The position numbers and the translations under genes were made by a program. A DNA stretch of 64,000 nt from a virus. Below are positions 56,749 to 64,000 of this stretch, piece by piece (within the stretch, counting starts at the first letter, position 1; every line of letters begins with the position of its first letter). Below the pieces are notes generated by a model. It did not search any database and was not told the origin of the DNA. It worked only from the letters and a program-made list of their open reading frames with translations. Location: positions 1-64,000 of IMG/VR virus record IMGVR_UViG_3300025941_000018, one strand, 5' to 3'.

Positions 56749-58682
56749 TACCGCACCCTCCTTGCGCGAATCGATCCGTAGGCGGAAACGGTGCCTGCGC
56801 TGAAGGTCGCCTTGCCAATTAAATACACCGTAGTGGTCGCGCTCACATTGATTTGCTTAGCTGGAACCGTCAGTCCATCAGTAACAGATACGGCGGTGAA
56901 CTGAGCGCCGGAATTGACTTCCGTTCCGTCGGTCGCAAGCGTGGCTGACGTGGTGCCAATTGACCCCGCCGAACCTGTGTAGGTCGCCGTGCCGCCTGCG
57001 AAGCTGATGTTGCCCGATACGTCCCAATCGCCTGCGGTGAGTGAGATGCTGGTGACGTTTGCTGCGGTCGCCGTCGTTAAGGAAACCGCACTTCCCGAGG
57101 CTACCAGCGATGAAATCACTTCGCCCACTATCCCCGAGGCGGCGCTGCTACCGGCGACGTAGCCGATGATGCCGTTGGAGAAACTTCCCGTGTTGGTGGC
57201 GATGACATTGCGAGCCAGCAAGTCTCGGTAATTGGCAGTTGTACCGTTATTAACTTCTACAATTCCAGAGTTTGCCGCATAAAGCCCCGCTTGAACTGTC
57301 GAGAAAGAAGTGTCGTTGTAGAAAAGTACTTTTGTGTTCGGTAATCCTATACCGCCCGCAGTAAAACGGCCAGCAACACCACTTCCGGCTGCGAACCAAA
57401 GTTGGCTCCCAAACGGGTTATACATACCCGTTCCGGGGTCAGCCCCAAATGCGAACCCAGGCCGTGACGTGCTTCCAATTTGAGCTAAGAAAATGCCGTT
57501 TGTGATCCTGGCTTCCAACCCCAAAGATCCATTGCTGATACTCAGGCTATCGTTCGTTGCAAAAATAAACCCCTTAGTCGCCGCATTCGTAACCGAAAAC
57601 CCATTAGTAACCGTTGTTGATCCGAGTGTTACTGGCGCCCCAAAGCTAGTAGCCACGCTCTCTCCATTGGTAAGAATATTGCCTGGTGCCAGGATATTCG
57701 CAATGTTCGTCGCCGTGCTGCTCAGCTTGAGCGTGTTCGCGCTGAAGGTAAAGTCCGAGGACAAGTTGATGTTGCTCACCGTGTTGTCGCCTTCGAGTGC
57801 GAGGAGAGAGTTGACCACTGCGTTACTCAAGCTCAACTGATGCGCCGCATCGAGTGTGAAATTGTTGGACCCGCGCACAACGAAGGTGAAGGTCTGGGTG
57901 ACGATGGTTCCGGGGCTCGCAATCGATGCTATGGTCAACACCCCGCCACTACTCGCGCCGGTATGCGTATGTTGCGCGCTCGTAAAATCCGAAATGGCAG
58001 GCTGGTTCAATAACGGATTCGCCGCGAATACCGCCGCTCCGCTCCCTGTCTCATCCGTTAACGCCGTCGCCAATTGCCCCGAACTCAATGATAACCTTGC
58101 CGGCGGCAATATCCCACTCGTCAGCTGCGAAGCATTCAGCGCTGTCAATCCAACTCCGATTCCTGCGATCTCCCCCAAGGAACTGATAGTGGCTAATCCT
58201 CCAGCAAAACTGGCCAGCCCCGTCCCATTTCCATCTCCAAGGACAATGGCGCTGTTGTCCACCGACATGCTGCGCTTGTTGGTGGTGTAATTATCAAACA
58301 CCGTTCCGGTAATGTGAAGGTCGTTGCCAGCGTTACCGTTGGTTACACCTCCAGAGAGCGCGTTGGTCTGGAAAAACGGGTAGGAAGATGTGATCCCGTT
58401 AGTTGCCGCCTGGGCTGCGGCCGCGGCTACATTTGTTACCAGTAATTTCGAAACATCGGCCGACACCGTGACAAGATGGCCGTTTGTAATCAGGATCACG
58501 TTTGTTCCTGAACGAACAAAATAACCAGCCGATCCGACCAGCGCTACTCGATTGGTATTCACTAGAATGAATCCCCCATTCGTCCAAACGAAGTCATTGG
58601 TCGAAAAAGACTGATAAGACGGGTTTGCCGCACGTCCACAAAGGCAGGACAGCAACAGTAGGACCGACAATAATTTCTTCAT
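56748..58682 (-). CDS. fibre-like protein with Sec signal peptide
   Basis: MKKLLSVLLLLSCLC; ALTDETGSGAAVFA..P fibre repeat; C-terminal VTSISLTAGDWDV...ARRVR module. Confidence 0.75.
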   Translation of the reverse strand: MKKLLSVLLLLSCLCGRAANPSYQSFSTNDFVWTNGGFILVNTNRVALVGSAGYFVRSGTNVILITNGHLVTVSADVSKLLVTNVAAAAAQAATNGITSSYPFFQTNALSGGVTNGNAGNDLHITGTVFDNYTTNKRSMSVDNSAIVLGDGNGTGLASFAGGLATISSLGEIAGIGVGLTALNASQLTSGILPPARLSLSSGQLATALTDETGSGAAVFAANPLLNQPAISDFTSAQHTHTGASSGGVLTIASIASPGTIVTQTFTFVVRGSNNFTLDAAHQLSLSNAVVNSLLALEGDNTVSNINLSSDFTFSANTLKLSSTATNIANILAPGNILTNGESVATSFGAPVTLGSTTVTNGFSVTNAATKGFIFATNDSLSISNGSLGLEARITNGIFLAQIGSTSRPGFAFGADPGTGMYNPFGSQLWFAAGSGVAGRFTAGGIGLPNTKVLFYNDTSFSTVQAGLYAANSGIVEVNNGTTANYRDLLARNVIATNTGSFSNGIIGYVAGSSAASGIVGEVISSLVASGSAVSLTTATAANVTSISLTAGDWDVSGNISFAGGTATYTGSAGSIGTTSATLATDGTEVNSGAQFTAVSVTDGLTVPAKQINVSATTTVYLIGKATFSAGTVSAYGSIRARRVR

Positions 58683-59638
58683 AGGTAACCTCCACCAAGA
58701 GCCACGCGCAAAGCCTGTACTCGGTCGGCGTGCTTTTGCACCTGCGCCGCGCTCATCCCCTGGGTCACGCCCAGGTAAGAATTGCGGCCGTCAATCCAGC
58801 CGCTGATACTTCCAAGACTGTTTAGCGCAAAGGCTACGATCGGGTAAGTGGCAATCGTCGTTCCGGTCTGTGCCGAACTTCCAGAGATCACGCTTTTAAT
58901 AGGTGTAATACTGCTGTTTTGCCGATAAAGAGTTAAGGCCCCGGAGCCCGAAGCCGCAGTCCGCATTCCTGCCGAATAACCTCGATACCCAAAGCTACCC
59001 ACTGCTGAGTCAGAGTCCTGGACAAAATCAGTGTTCGCGTTCTGGAACCTCCAGCAATAAATCCCTTCGATGTTGCTGGCGTAGTAAAGGGCAAAATGCG
59101 AACTGTCATTAACCCCGCCGACGCCAAAACTATAGCCATGCCCGGTGGTGTCCAACGTGTGGATGTAAGCCGCCAGTCCCGCATTGGTCGCGGTCATCGG
59201 CGATGCGCTGCTGGTGATGATGCCCGTGTCGAGATACTTGCTGGTGCCATCACCCTTGAGCCCGTTAATCGTCAAGTCGCCGCCGACAAAGCTATGGTTG
59301 GTCCACGGGTCGCTTCCGACCGAATGGAAAAATGGCGTAGTCGCCCCAATCAAACTGCTCGAGACTACGAGTATGTCGCTCAGTATCATTGAGTCGATGC
59401 CGTCCGTGACACAGCCACGGTAGTAGGCATCTGCCGCCAGCAGCTCGCCGGCAGTCGGGTAGGTTCCACCGTTGGCCACCACCCGCGCCGCCCAGGCCAG
59501 CGTAAATGAGGCCAATGGTCGCACATTACCCATCCACGGCTGGTCTCGAAACGTGTAGGCCTGCGCGCGCAGCAACTTCGGGATGAAGAGTGTGGGCACA
59601 AACAAAGCGCCGCGTTTTATAAAGGATCGGCGGTTCAT
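58679..59638 (-). CDS. beta-rich appendage-like protein with Tat signal
   Basis: MNRRSFIKRG twin-arginine motif; WAARVVANGG...GLKGDGTSKYLDTG. Confidence 0.7.
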   Translation of the reverse strand: MNRRSFIKRGALFVPTLFIPKLLRAQAYTFRDQPWMGNVRPLASFTLAWAARVVANGGTYPTAGELLAADAYYRGCVTDGIDSMILSDILVVSSSLIGATTPFFHSVGSDPWTNHSFVGGDLTINGLKGDGTSKYLDTGIITSSASPMTATNAGLAAYIHTLDTTGHGYSFGVGGVNDSSHFALYYASNIEGIYCWRFQNANTDFVQDSDSAVGSFGYRGYSAGMRTAASGSGALTLYRQNSSITPIKSVISGSSAQTGTTIATYPIVAFALNSLGSISGWIDGRNSYLGVTQGMSAAQVQKHADRVQALRVALGGGYL

Positions 59639-59718
59639 GGTTGCATCACGAGAGCGACAGGGTTAAAGTGAAAACGCTCGCCCGGGCCTGTAACCCAAGC
59701 GAGCATCAAACTAACACG

Positions 59719-60294
59719 ATGCAAAAGATTACCGCTGAGTATCTTGCTGAGCAAGGACTTTCCGCAAACTTCCCCTCTTACTTTTTTGAACGAGTTGAAA
59801 TTACTGGAAGTTGTTGGTTTTGGACCGGCTCCCACAGGAAGAAGGGAGTGGCTTATGGAAACGTTTATCGAGGTCTTGGCCGATCTGGCAACAGTGGCAC
59901 AATTCTCGCGCATCGAGCGTCCTGGCTCTTGCATTTTGGTCCGGTGCCGAATGGGCTTCAGGTCTGCCATGATTGTCCTGACGGCGATTGCCCCTATTGC
60001 GTTAATCCAGGTCATCTTTGGCTTGGCACCATTACCGAGAACCTTCAGGACATGGCCAGAAAAGGAAGGCACTGGAGTCCTGTCGGTCGCTACACTGGGC
60101 AGAAGAGCGCCAATGCGGCGTTCACCGATGCGCAAGCCGATAAGATCCGAACGGAGTATAAGCCGCGTCGAGTGACACTGGATTTCTTGGCGACCAGATA
60201 CCAAGTTTCCAAGCAGGTAATCTACCGTATCGTTCATGCCAAGACTTACAACAACACTGGCGCTGCCGATGTGGGATCGTTCAAGCATAAGTGA
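59719..60294 (+). CDS. HNH homing endonuclease with C-terminal HTH
   Basis: CWFWTG...AHRASW...VCHDC...CVNPGHLWLGT..ENLQDM. Confidence 0.9.
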   Translation: MQKITAEYLAEQGLSANFPSYFFERVEITGSCWFWTGSHRKKGVAYGNVYRGLGRSGNSGTILAHRASWLLHFGPVPNGLQVCHDCPDGDCPYCVNPGHLWLGTITENLQDMARKGRHWSPVGRYTGQKSANAAFTDAQADKIRTEYKPRRVTLDFLATRYQVSKQVIYRIVHAKTYNNTGAADVGSFKHK

Positions 60295-61326
60295 TCACCA
60301 AATGGGAAGCGCGATGGCATTCGTCCACTTTTGGGCATGTTGGCTGAAGGTAATAGCGGTCAGGTTAGTACAAAACCAAGTGCCAACCTGATGCACATTT
60401 GCTGGAGCGGTGATCGCGATTGCGACCGCTGTGCTGTTAGTTACGTAAAAAACTGTCGTTTGGTCCAAGGTCTTTGTCGTATCCACGCCGACTGGGGCCA
60501 GAACCGTAAACGCCGCATTGGTCGAGACCAGCGTGTAGCCTTTGGTGAAGTCTGGGGCGGTCGCCGTGGCACTCACGTTGGTTGTGTAATGCGCCTGCGT
60601 GGTCACCAATGGAACGCTCAGCGTGAGTGAATTGGTGGACAACAAAGCCATCCGCGTTTCTTCCGTCCCGTTGTCATCGCTGCTCTGCGTGAATTCCAGA
60701 AAGCGCTCTGCGTTGTTGGTGGTCCCTGGAACGATGCCGCGCAGCGATAGCATAAAGTCCTGCGCACCAGACCCGTTCCAAACACTGGTGTTGAAGTTGA
60801 ACCGCTTGGTTGGTCGATTTGATCCATTGCTCGCGCTTCCATCTTTCTGAATTTTTACCGTGCCGCCGTTCGCGCCAGCAAACCCGAGCTGGATGATACT
60901 GTTGTTTCCCTCTGACGTGAGCGAAATCGATTGAGCATCGAAAATCAACTTGCCCGCTGAGTCGCTCACAAACACTTTCGCCAAGCAGTTCACGCCATCC
61001 AGTGTGAACATAATTCCGCGGTTATTTTGGTCGGTCCAAAACAGCAGGTTCTCGCCACGAAAAACTTCAGTCATTACCCCCAGCGTAGCCGTGAGCCCTG
61101 AATCGAAGGCGCGACCGTTTCCAATAACAGTCGTTCCCAGAAACGTCGCGTTGGTTCCGAAGCCCGACTCCTTCGCGATGGCGTTTCCGCTAACGACGTT
61201 GGTTGCCAGCGATTTGTTGATGTTGGTGAGCACTGTCCCACTGTTGGTTGTGCCAAACTGCAACCTAACCGGCTGAGCCGAGAGCAGCAGCGGCCATAAA
61301 GCGATGAGTGCAAAAAGTTTCTTCAT
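60295..61326 (-). CDS. fibre-like protein with Sec signal peptide
   Basis: MKKLFALIALWPLLLSA-QP; TN-rich beta sequence. Confidence 0.7.
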   Translation of the reverse strand: MKKLFALIALWPLLLSAQPVRLQFGTTNSGTVLTNINKSLATNVVSGNAIAKESGFGTNATFLGTTVIGNGRAFDSGLTATLGVMTEVFRGENLLFWTDQNNRGIMFTLDGVNCLAKVFVSDSAGKLIFDAQSISLTSEGNNSIIQLGFAGANGGTVKIQKDGSASNGSNRPTKRFNFNTSVWNGSGAQDFMLSLRGIVPGTTNNAERFLEFTQSSDDNGTEETRMALLSTNSLTLSVPLVTTQAHYTTNVSATATAPDFTKGYTLVSTNAAFTVLAPVGVDTTKTLDQTTVFYVTNSTAVAIAITAPANVHQVGTWFCTNLTAITFSQHAQKWTNAIALPIW

Positions 61327-61330
61327 AAAA

Positions 61331-61579
61331 TTAAGGTCCGATGATTTGATCCCAGGCCGTGTTGGTCAGTCCCGTCGATTGCCAGACGCTGTGGGGCACG
61401 TTCTGGTCGGTGTAAAGTTGGCCGATTGACGTCGGGGTCACTACGCCTACCGGAGAACCCGTTCCGCTGAGATTTCCAGTGCCGGTGCCATCGCTGCCGC
61501 CGTTGTCTTCGCAGCAGGTGGTCATATTCGCAGGGTCGGGATGATGTATTCCGGTCGTTGGGTCGTAAGAATCACTCAT
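61331..61579 (-). CDS. HPDPA adaptor peptide with GSP.G.V...GQLYTD...W module
   Basis: GIHHPDPA plus a module similar to the C-terminus of the 40587 ORF. Confidence 0.7.
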   Translation of the reverse strand: MSDSYDPTTGIHHPDPANMTTCCEDNGGSDGTGTGNLSGTGSPVGVVTPTSIGQLYTDQNVPHSVWQSTGLTNTAWDQIIGP

Positions 61580-61585
61580 AGGTTT

Positions 61586-62002
61586 TTATATCAGTGTGAT
61601 GGTGAACTCGCTGGAATAGTCGCTGACCCGAGAACCCCCGAGGGTCCATGCGGCTTCAGCTGCAAATTGGTCTCCCAGCCCTGCGTCGGAAATTAACGTA
61701 ATTGCCCCAGGTGACCCCGGAACATCAGGCACTGAAAAATCGCCACTGGGAAAAGGTCTCCAGCGAAAACTTATCCCGTCCGCGCCGGCGGGAGCGCTGG
61801 TAAGCCAATTGGCAAGCACGTCTGCCCCAAATTGTTGCAGTGTCCAGTCAGTTCCGTGGACCGGCGCAGGTAGTAGCACTGAATCCGATTCCGGTGTGAT
61901 GCCAGCCCATCCCGTCGGCGGACTCTGAACTTCTCCGCCGCTGTGAGATTGGCACTCATGCGCGGGGTCTGGATGGCGTAACGATGGAACATATCCGCTC
62001 AT
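61586..62002 (-). CDS. HPDPAHEC-module protein with FN3-like C-terminus
   Basis: YVPSLRHPDPAHECQSHSGGEVQSPPTGW; ATG at 62002. Confidence 0.75.
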   Translation of the reverse strand: MSGYVPSLRHPDPAHECQSHSGGEVQSPPTGWAGITPESDSVLLPAPVHGTDWTLQQFGADVLANWLTSAPAGADGISFRWRPFPSGDFSVPDVPGSPGAITLISDAGLGDQFAAEAAWTLGGSRVSDYSSEFTITLI

Positions 62003-62004
62003 AA

Positions 62005-62163
62005 TCAATCAGGAGGATTGTCATTAATCGGCGCTTCTGGATCGCCATTCCAGTCCGATGGATGAGACTGCGGTTCGCCTCCACTATGGGACGTACATTC
62101 ATGCGCTGGGTCTGGATGCTTCAACCCGGGCACGTAAAGGAAGCCATTGCCGTCGCCGTTCAT
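62005..62163 (-). CDS. stand-alone HPDPAHEC peptide (52 aa), absent from ORF track
   Basis: Manual translation MNGDGNGFLYVPGLKHPDPAHECTSHSGGEPQSHPSDWNGDPEAPINDNPPD. Confidence 0.8.
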   Translation of the reverse strand: MNGDGNGFLYVPGLKHPDPAHECTSHSGGEPQSHPSDWNGDPEAPINDNPPD

Positions 62164-62243
62164 GGGCGCACCCTATGCCGCGAACGGCACGGGGTCAAAG
62201 GCTATTTTTGGAACTGGGCGCCTTGGCACGCCCGTAAAGAAGA

Positions 62244-62600
62244 CTACTTTGAACCGTTTTTCTCGCCTTCGGCAGGCTCTGCAGGCGCGGGATCTCCTTT
62301 GCGGCCACCCCGTCCGGTGTTCTGCATGATGCTGAATGTGCCCTGAGCGTTGTCCACCGTGGACGTCCGCTCGTCGGTGTAGGTCTCGCAGAACCGGATC
62401 TTGGTATTGACCACCGGCTCGCTCTCGGAGCAGTCAATTTCATTGCTGAAATTGACGTTGATGGACTTCTTTTGAGCCCGATTGCGGATGTTCTGAATCT
62501 GCTCAATGTGCTCGTCATAGAGCGCTTCGATCTGCGCCATGATCGCCTCTTTGATGCCTTCTTCGCTGATGTTTTTAACTGGGTTTTCTGTAGTCGCCAT
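62244..62600 (-). CDS. hypothetical acidic protein (118 aa)
   Basis: ATG ORF downstream of the exonuclease operon. Confidence 0.65.
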   Translation of the reverse strand: MATTENPVKNISEEGIKEAIMAQIEALYDEHIEQIQNIRNRAQKKSINVNFSNEIDCSESEPVVNTKIRFCETYTDERTSTVDNAQGTFSIMQNTGRGGRKGDPAPAEPAEGEKNGSK

Positions 62601-62618
62601 GGGTTTTGTGTTGATGGT

Positions 62619-62858
62619 TTACTGGTCTAAGAAATCGACTTCTTCGTGCTCCAATATCCCGATAACCGGGTTCGCTGGTGAAAACGAGTGCGTCCAGAAG
62701 GGGTGCTTTACGAGCATCACAATTTCAGGAGCGGCTGGATCCGGATGCAGTCCAGTAACGATGGCAGCGCCTCCTGGGTATCCACCGATTGCTTCGGTCA
62801 TTATCACGCGGCCAATCGCCGAACGTCCGTAGATGTTTACGAACGATCCGGCGTTCAC
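62619..62858 (-). CDS. hypothetical protein
   Basis: GTGA overlap with the exonuclease stop; ...EAIGGYPGG...LHPDPAAPEIV. Confidence 0.55.
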   Translation of the reverse strand: MNAGSFVNIYGRSAIGRVIMTEAIGGYPGGAAIVTGLHPDPAAPEIVMLVKHPFWTHSFSPANPVIGILEHEEVDFLDQ

Positions 62859-64000
62859 GGCGTCACCCCAATATCCTCGTAGCTTTCTCGGGATCGGCCT
62901 GCTGCGATGTCGTCGGCAAAAGCCATCTTCACTCGCGGCGGAGGCGGGCCACCGTTCAATTCGATCAGCCGAGCCATCGCACGGTCGAACTTGCCGAGGA
63001 AGATTTCGAGGGCTTCGGCGAGTTTTTCCTGAAAGATTTCGTCGCGTGGAACGGTGATCACCAGCGCAGGGAAATGCCTTCTGTAACTTATGAACTGCCA
63101 TTCCTTGCGGCCCGTGACGAACATCGCTCCCTGAATTTGGCTGATGTGTTCTTTTGGGACCTCGTTCTTGAGCAGATATTTGACGTGTGTTTCGGCGGCG
63201 GGGCACTTTATCTCCACGCCCGAGTAGTCGCCGATAAGGCCGTCGGGCGAGCAGTTGCCAACCCAGGTAAACCGACCACCTCTTCGAACCAAAACAATCC
63301 CCGTATGGGTAGTTACGCAAAACACATCATCGTCGTGCTGGATTACATTGAACCCAAGCGCTCTGTTTGGGTCTTTGGAAATCACATGATAAGCCTTTCC
63401 AGTTTTCCGTATGTTAATGTGGTATTGGATCTTAGACCATCCGGTTCTGCCGCGAATATTCCAACGCCGCGGCGAACGGATGTGTAATGATGGCCACCAG
63501 CCGGCCCGGATTACCAACTCGCACAAATCATCGGCGAGCGCTTTATTTGATGTGAATAAAGACCTCTGACCGTTACGACCGGTCCATCCGTCGCCTATCA
63601 TAAATCCGCCCAAGAAGGCTCGAATGGCCTTTCGCGATCCGAAACGAATGTAACTCGGGACTCGCTTTCCAAACGTCCCGCTTCCGCAAGATAATACGAG
63701 CGCCTCGGCGAGTGCCCGGCGTTCGGTTGTCCAGCCATTCTTTTTTTGGCACCATCTAACCGGAATTGCTTTTATGATCTCTTTTGCAGCATCAAGTTTT
63801 CCTGCTGCAGTTTGAGCTATTCCAACTTTTCCTAGGTTGGTGCCTTGGCGGTTTTTCTCTGTCCACCCTTCCGCTATCCATAGACCTACAAATCGAGCCC
63901 AGTCAATAAACGGAACTCTGAATCCCAGTGGCCCTTTGGGGTGATTTTTTACGGGTGTAAGTTCTTGGACTTCATATTCCTTAGGGTCAACCTGCTCCTG
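62855..64000 (-). CDS. YqaJ/lambda-exonuclease-family protein with intein (5' truncated by the window edge)
   Basis: Frame open to 64000; C-extein CSPDGL...GVEIKCP...QIQGAMFVTGRKEWQFISY. Confidence 0.88.
   Translation of the reverse strand, partial: QEQVDPKEYEVQELTPVKNHPKGPLGFRVPFIDWARFVGLWIAEGWTEKNRQGTNLGKVGIAQTAAGKLDAAKEIIKAIPVRWCQKKNGWTTERRALAEALVLSCGSGTFGKRVPSYIRFGSRKAIRAFLGGFMIGDGWTGRNGQRSLFTSNKALADDLCELVIRAGWWPSLHIRSPRRWNIRGRTGWSKIQYHINIRKTGKAYHVISKDPNRALGFNVIQHDDDVFCVTTHTGIVLVRRGGRFTWVGNCSPDGLIGDYSGVEIKCPAAETHVKYLLKNEVPKEHISQIQGAMFVTGRKEWQFISYRRHFPALVITVPRDEIFQEKLAEALEIFLGKFDRAMARLIELNGGPPPPRVKMAFADDIAAGRSRESYEDIGVTP
63254..64000 (-). mobile_element. intein with LAGLIDADG homing endonuclease (C-terminal part)
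   Basis: FVGLWIAEG and FLGGFMIGDG helices; block F VFCVTTHTG; terminal WVGN followed by +1 Cys. Confidence 0.88.

Larger units (their letters stand above)
1..64000. mobile_element. Tailed dsDNA bacteriophage (or prophage) genome segment, podovirus-like
   Basis: Terminase, portal/scaffold/capsid block, tail adaptor and collar genes, giant ejected protein, many small overlapping ORFs, HNH endonucleases; no host housekeeping genes and no tape-measure or sheath gene recognised. Confidence 0.95.

Noticed and set aside
62735-62760. LHPDPA in the 62619-62858 ORF as a fifth HPDPA-family member
   Set aside because: Internal position and no YVP, HEC or SGGE context; probably coincidental
1-64000. CRISPR array, tRNA or rRNA genes
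   Set aside because: No regularly spaced repeats or cloverleaf seen; GGTTCGATTC near 9503 lies within the RNase H coding sequence
1-64000. Retron or diversity-generating retroelement
   Set aside because: No reverse transcriptase motif seen, and the repeat differences are few and not confined to adenines
1-64000. Stop-codon reassignment
   Set aside because: Core genes are full length in the standard code, and TAA, TAG and TGA all terminate genes

Overview
The whole 64 kb window looks like part of a single tailed dsDNA phage genome with podovirus-like organisation and moderately high GC. No host housekeeping genes, tRNAs or CRISPR arrays were seen. Host is a weak inference only (possibly Verrucomicrobiota), from rare Shine-Dalgarno sites, leaderless sigma70-like promoters and TN-rich exported proteins. 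Layout: (1) 1-19.6 kb, mostly + strand: small early/middle genes, a replication-initiator-like gene, RNase H, a tyrosine recombinase, HNH endonucleases and a glycosyltransferase/methyltransferase/WcbI cluster. (2) 19.5-51 kb, - strand morphogenesis: portal, scaffold, major capsid, tail adaptors, Ig-domain protein and ejected proteins including a 3243-aa polyvalent protein. (3) 51.1-53.1 kb, a divergent GroES plus large terminase unit. (4) 53-62 kb, membrane/lysis-type genes and signal-peptide-bearing fibre-like proteins. (5) An intein-containing YqaJ exonuclease running off the right edge. Most unusual signals: a 293-bp highly structured element present twice, each copy behind a promoter/attenuator-like cassette whose architecture also precedes HNH genes; Sec/Tat-exported TN-rich fibre-like proteins together with a capsid protein hydrophobic at both ends; a four-member HPDPA adaptor-peptide family; a catalytically dead metallophosphoesterase inside a tail adaptor; and a cupin-GT-DDxxD-DDxxD cassette between ejected-protein genes. 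All family calls come from motif recognition by eye; no searches were run.
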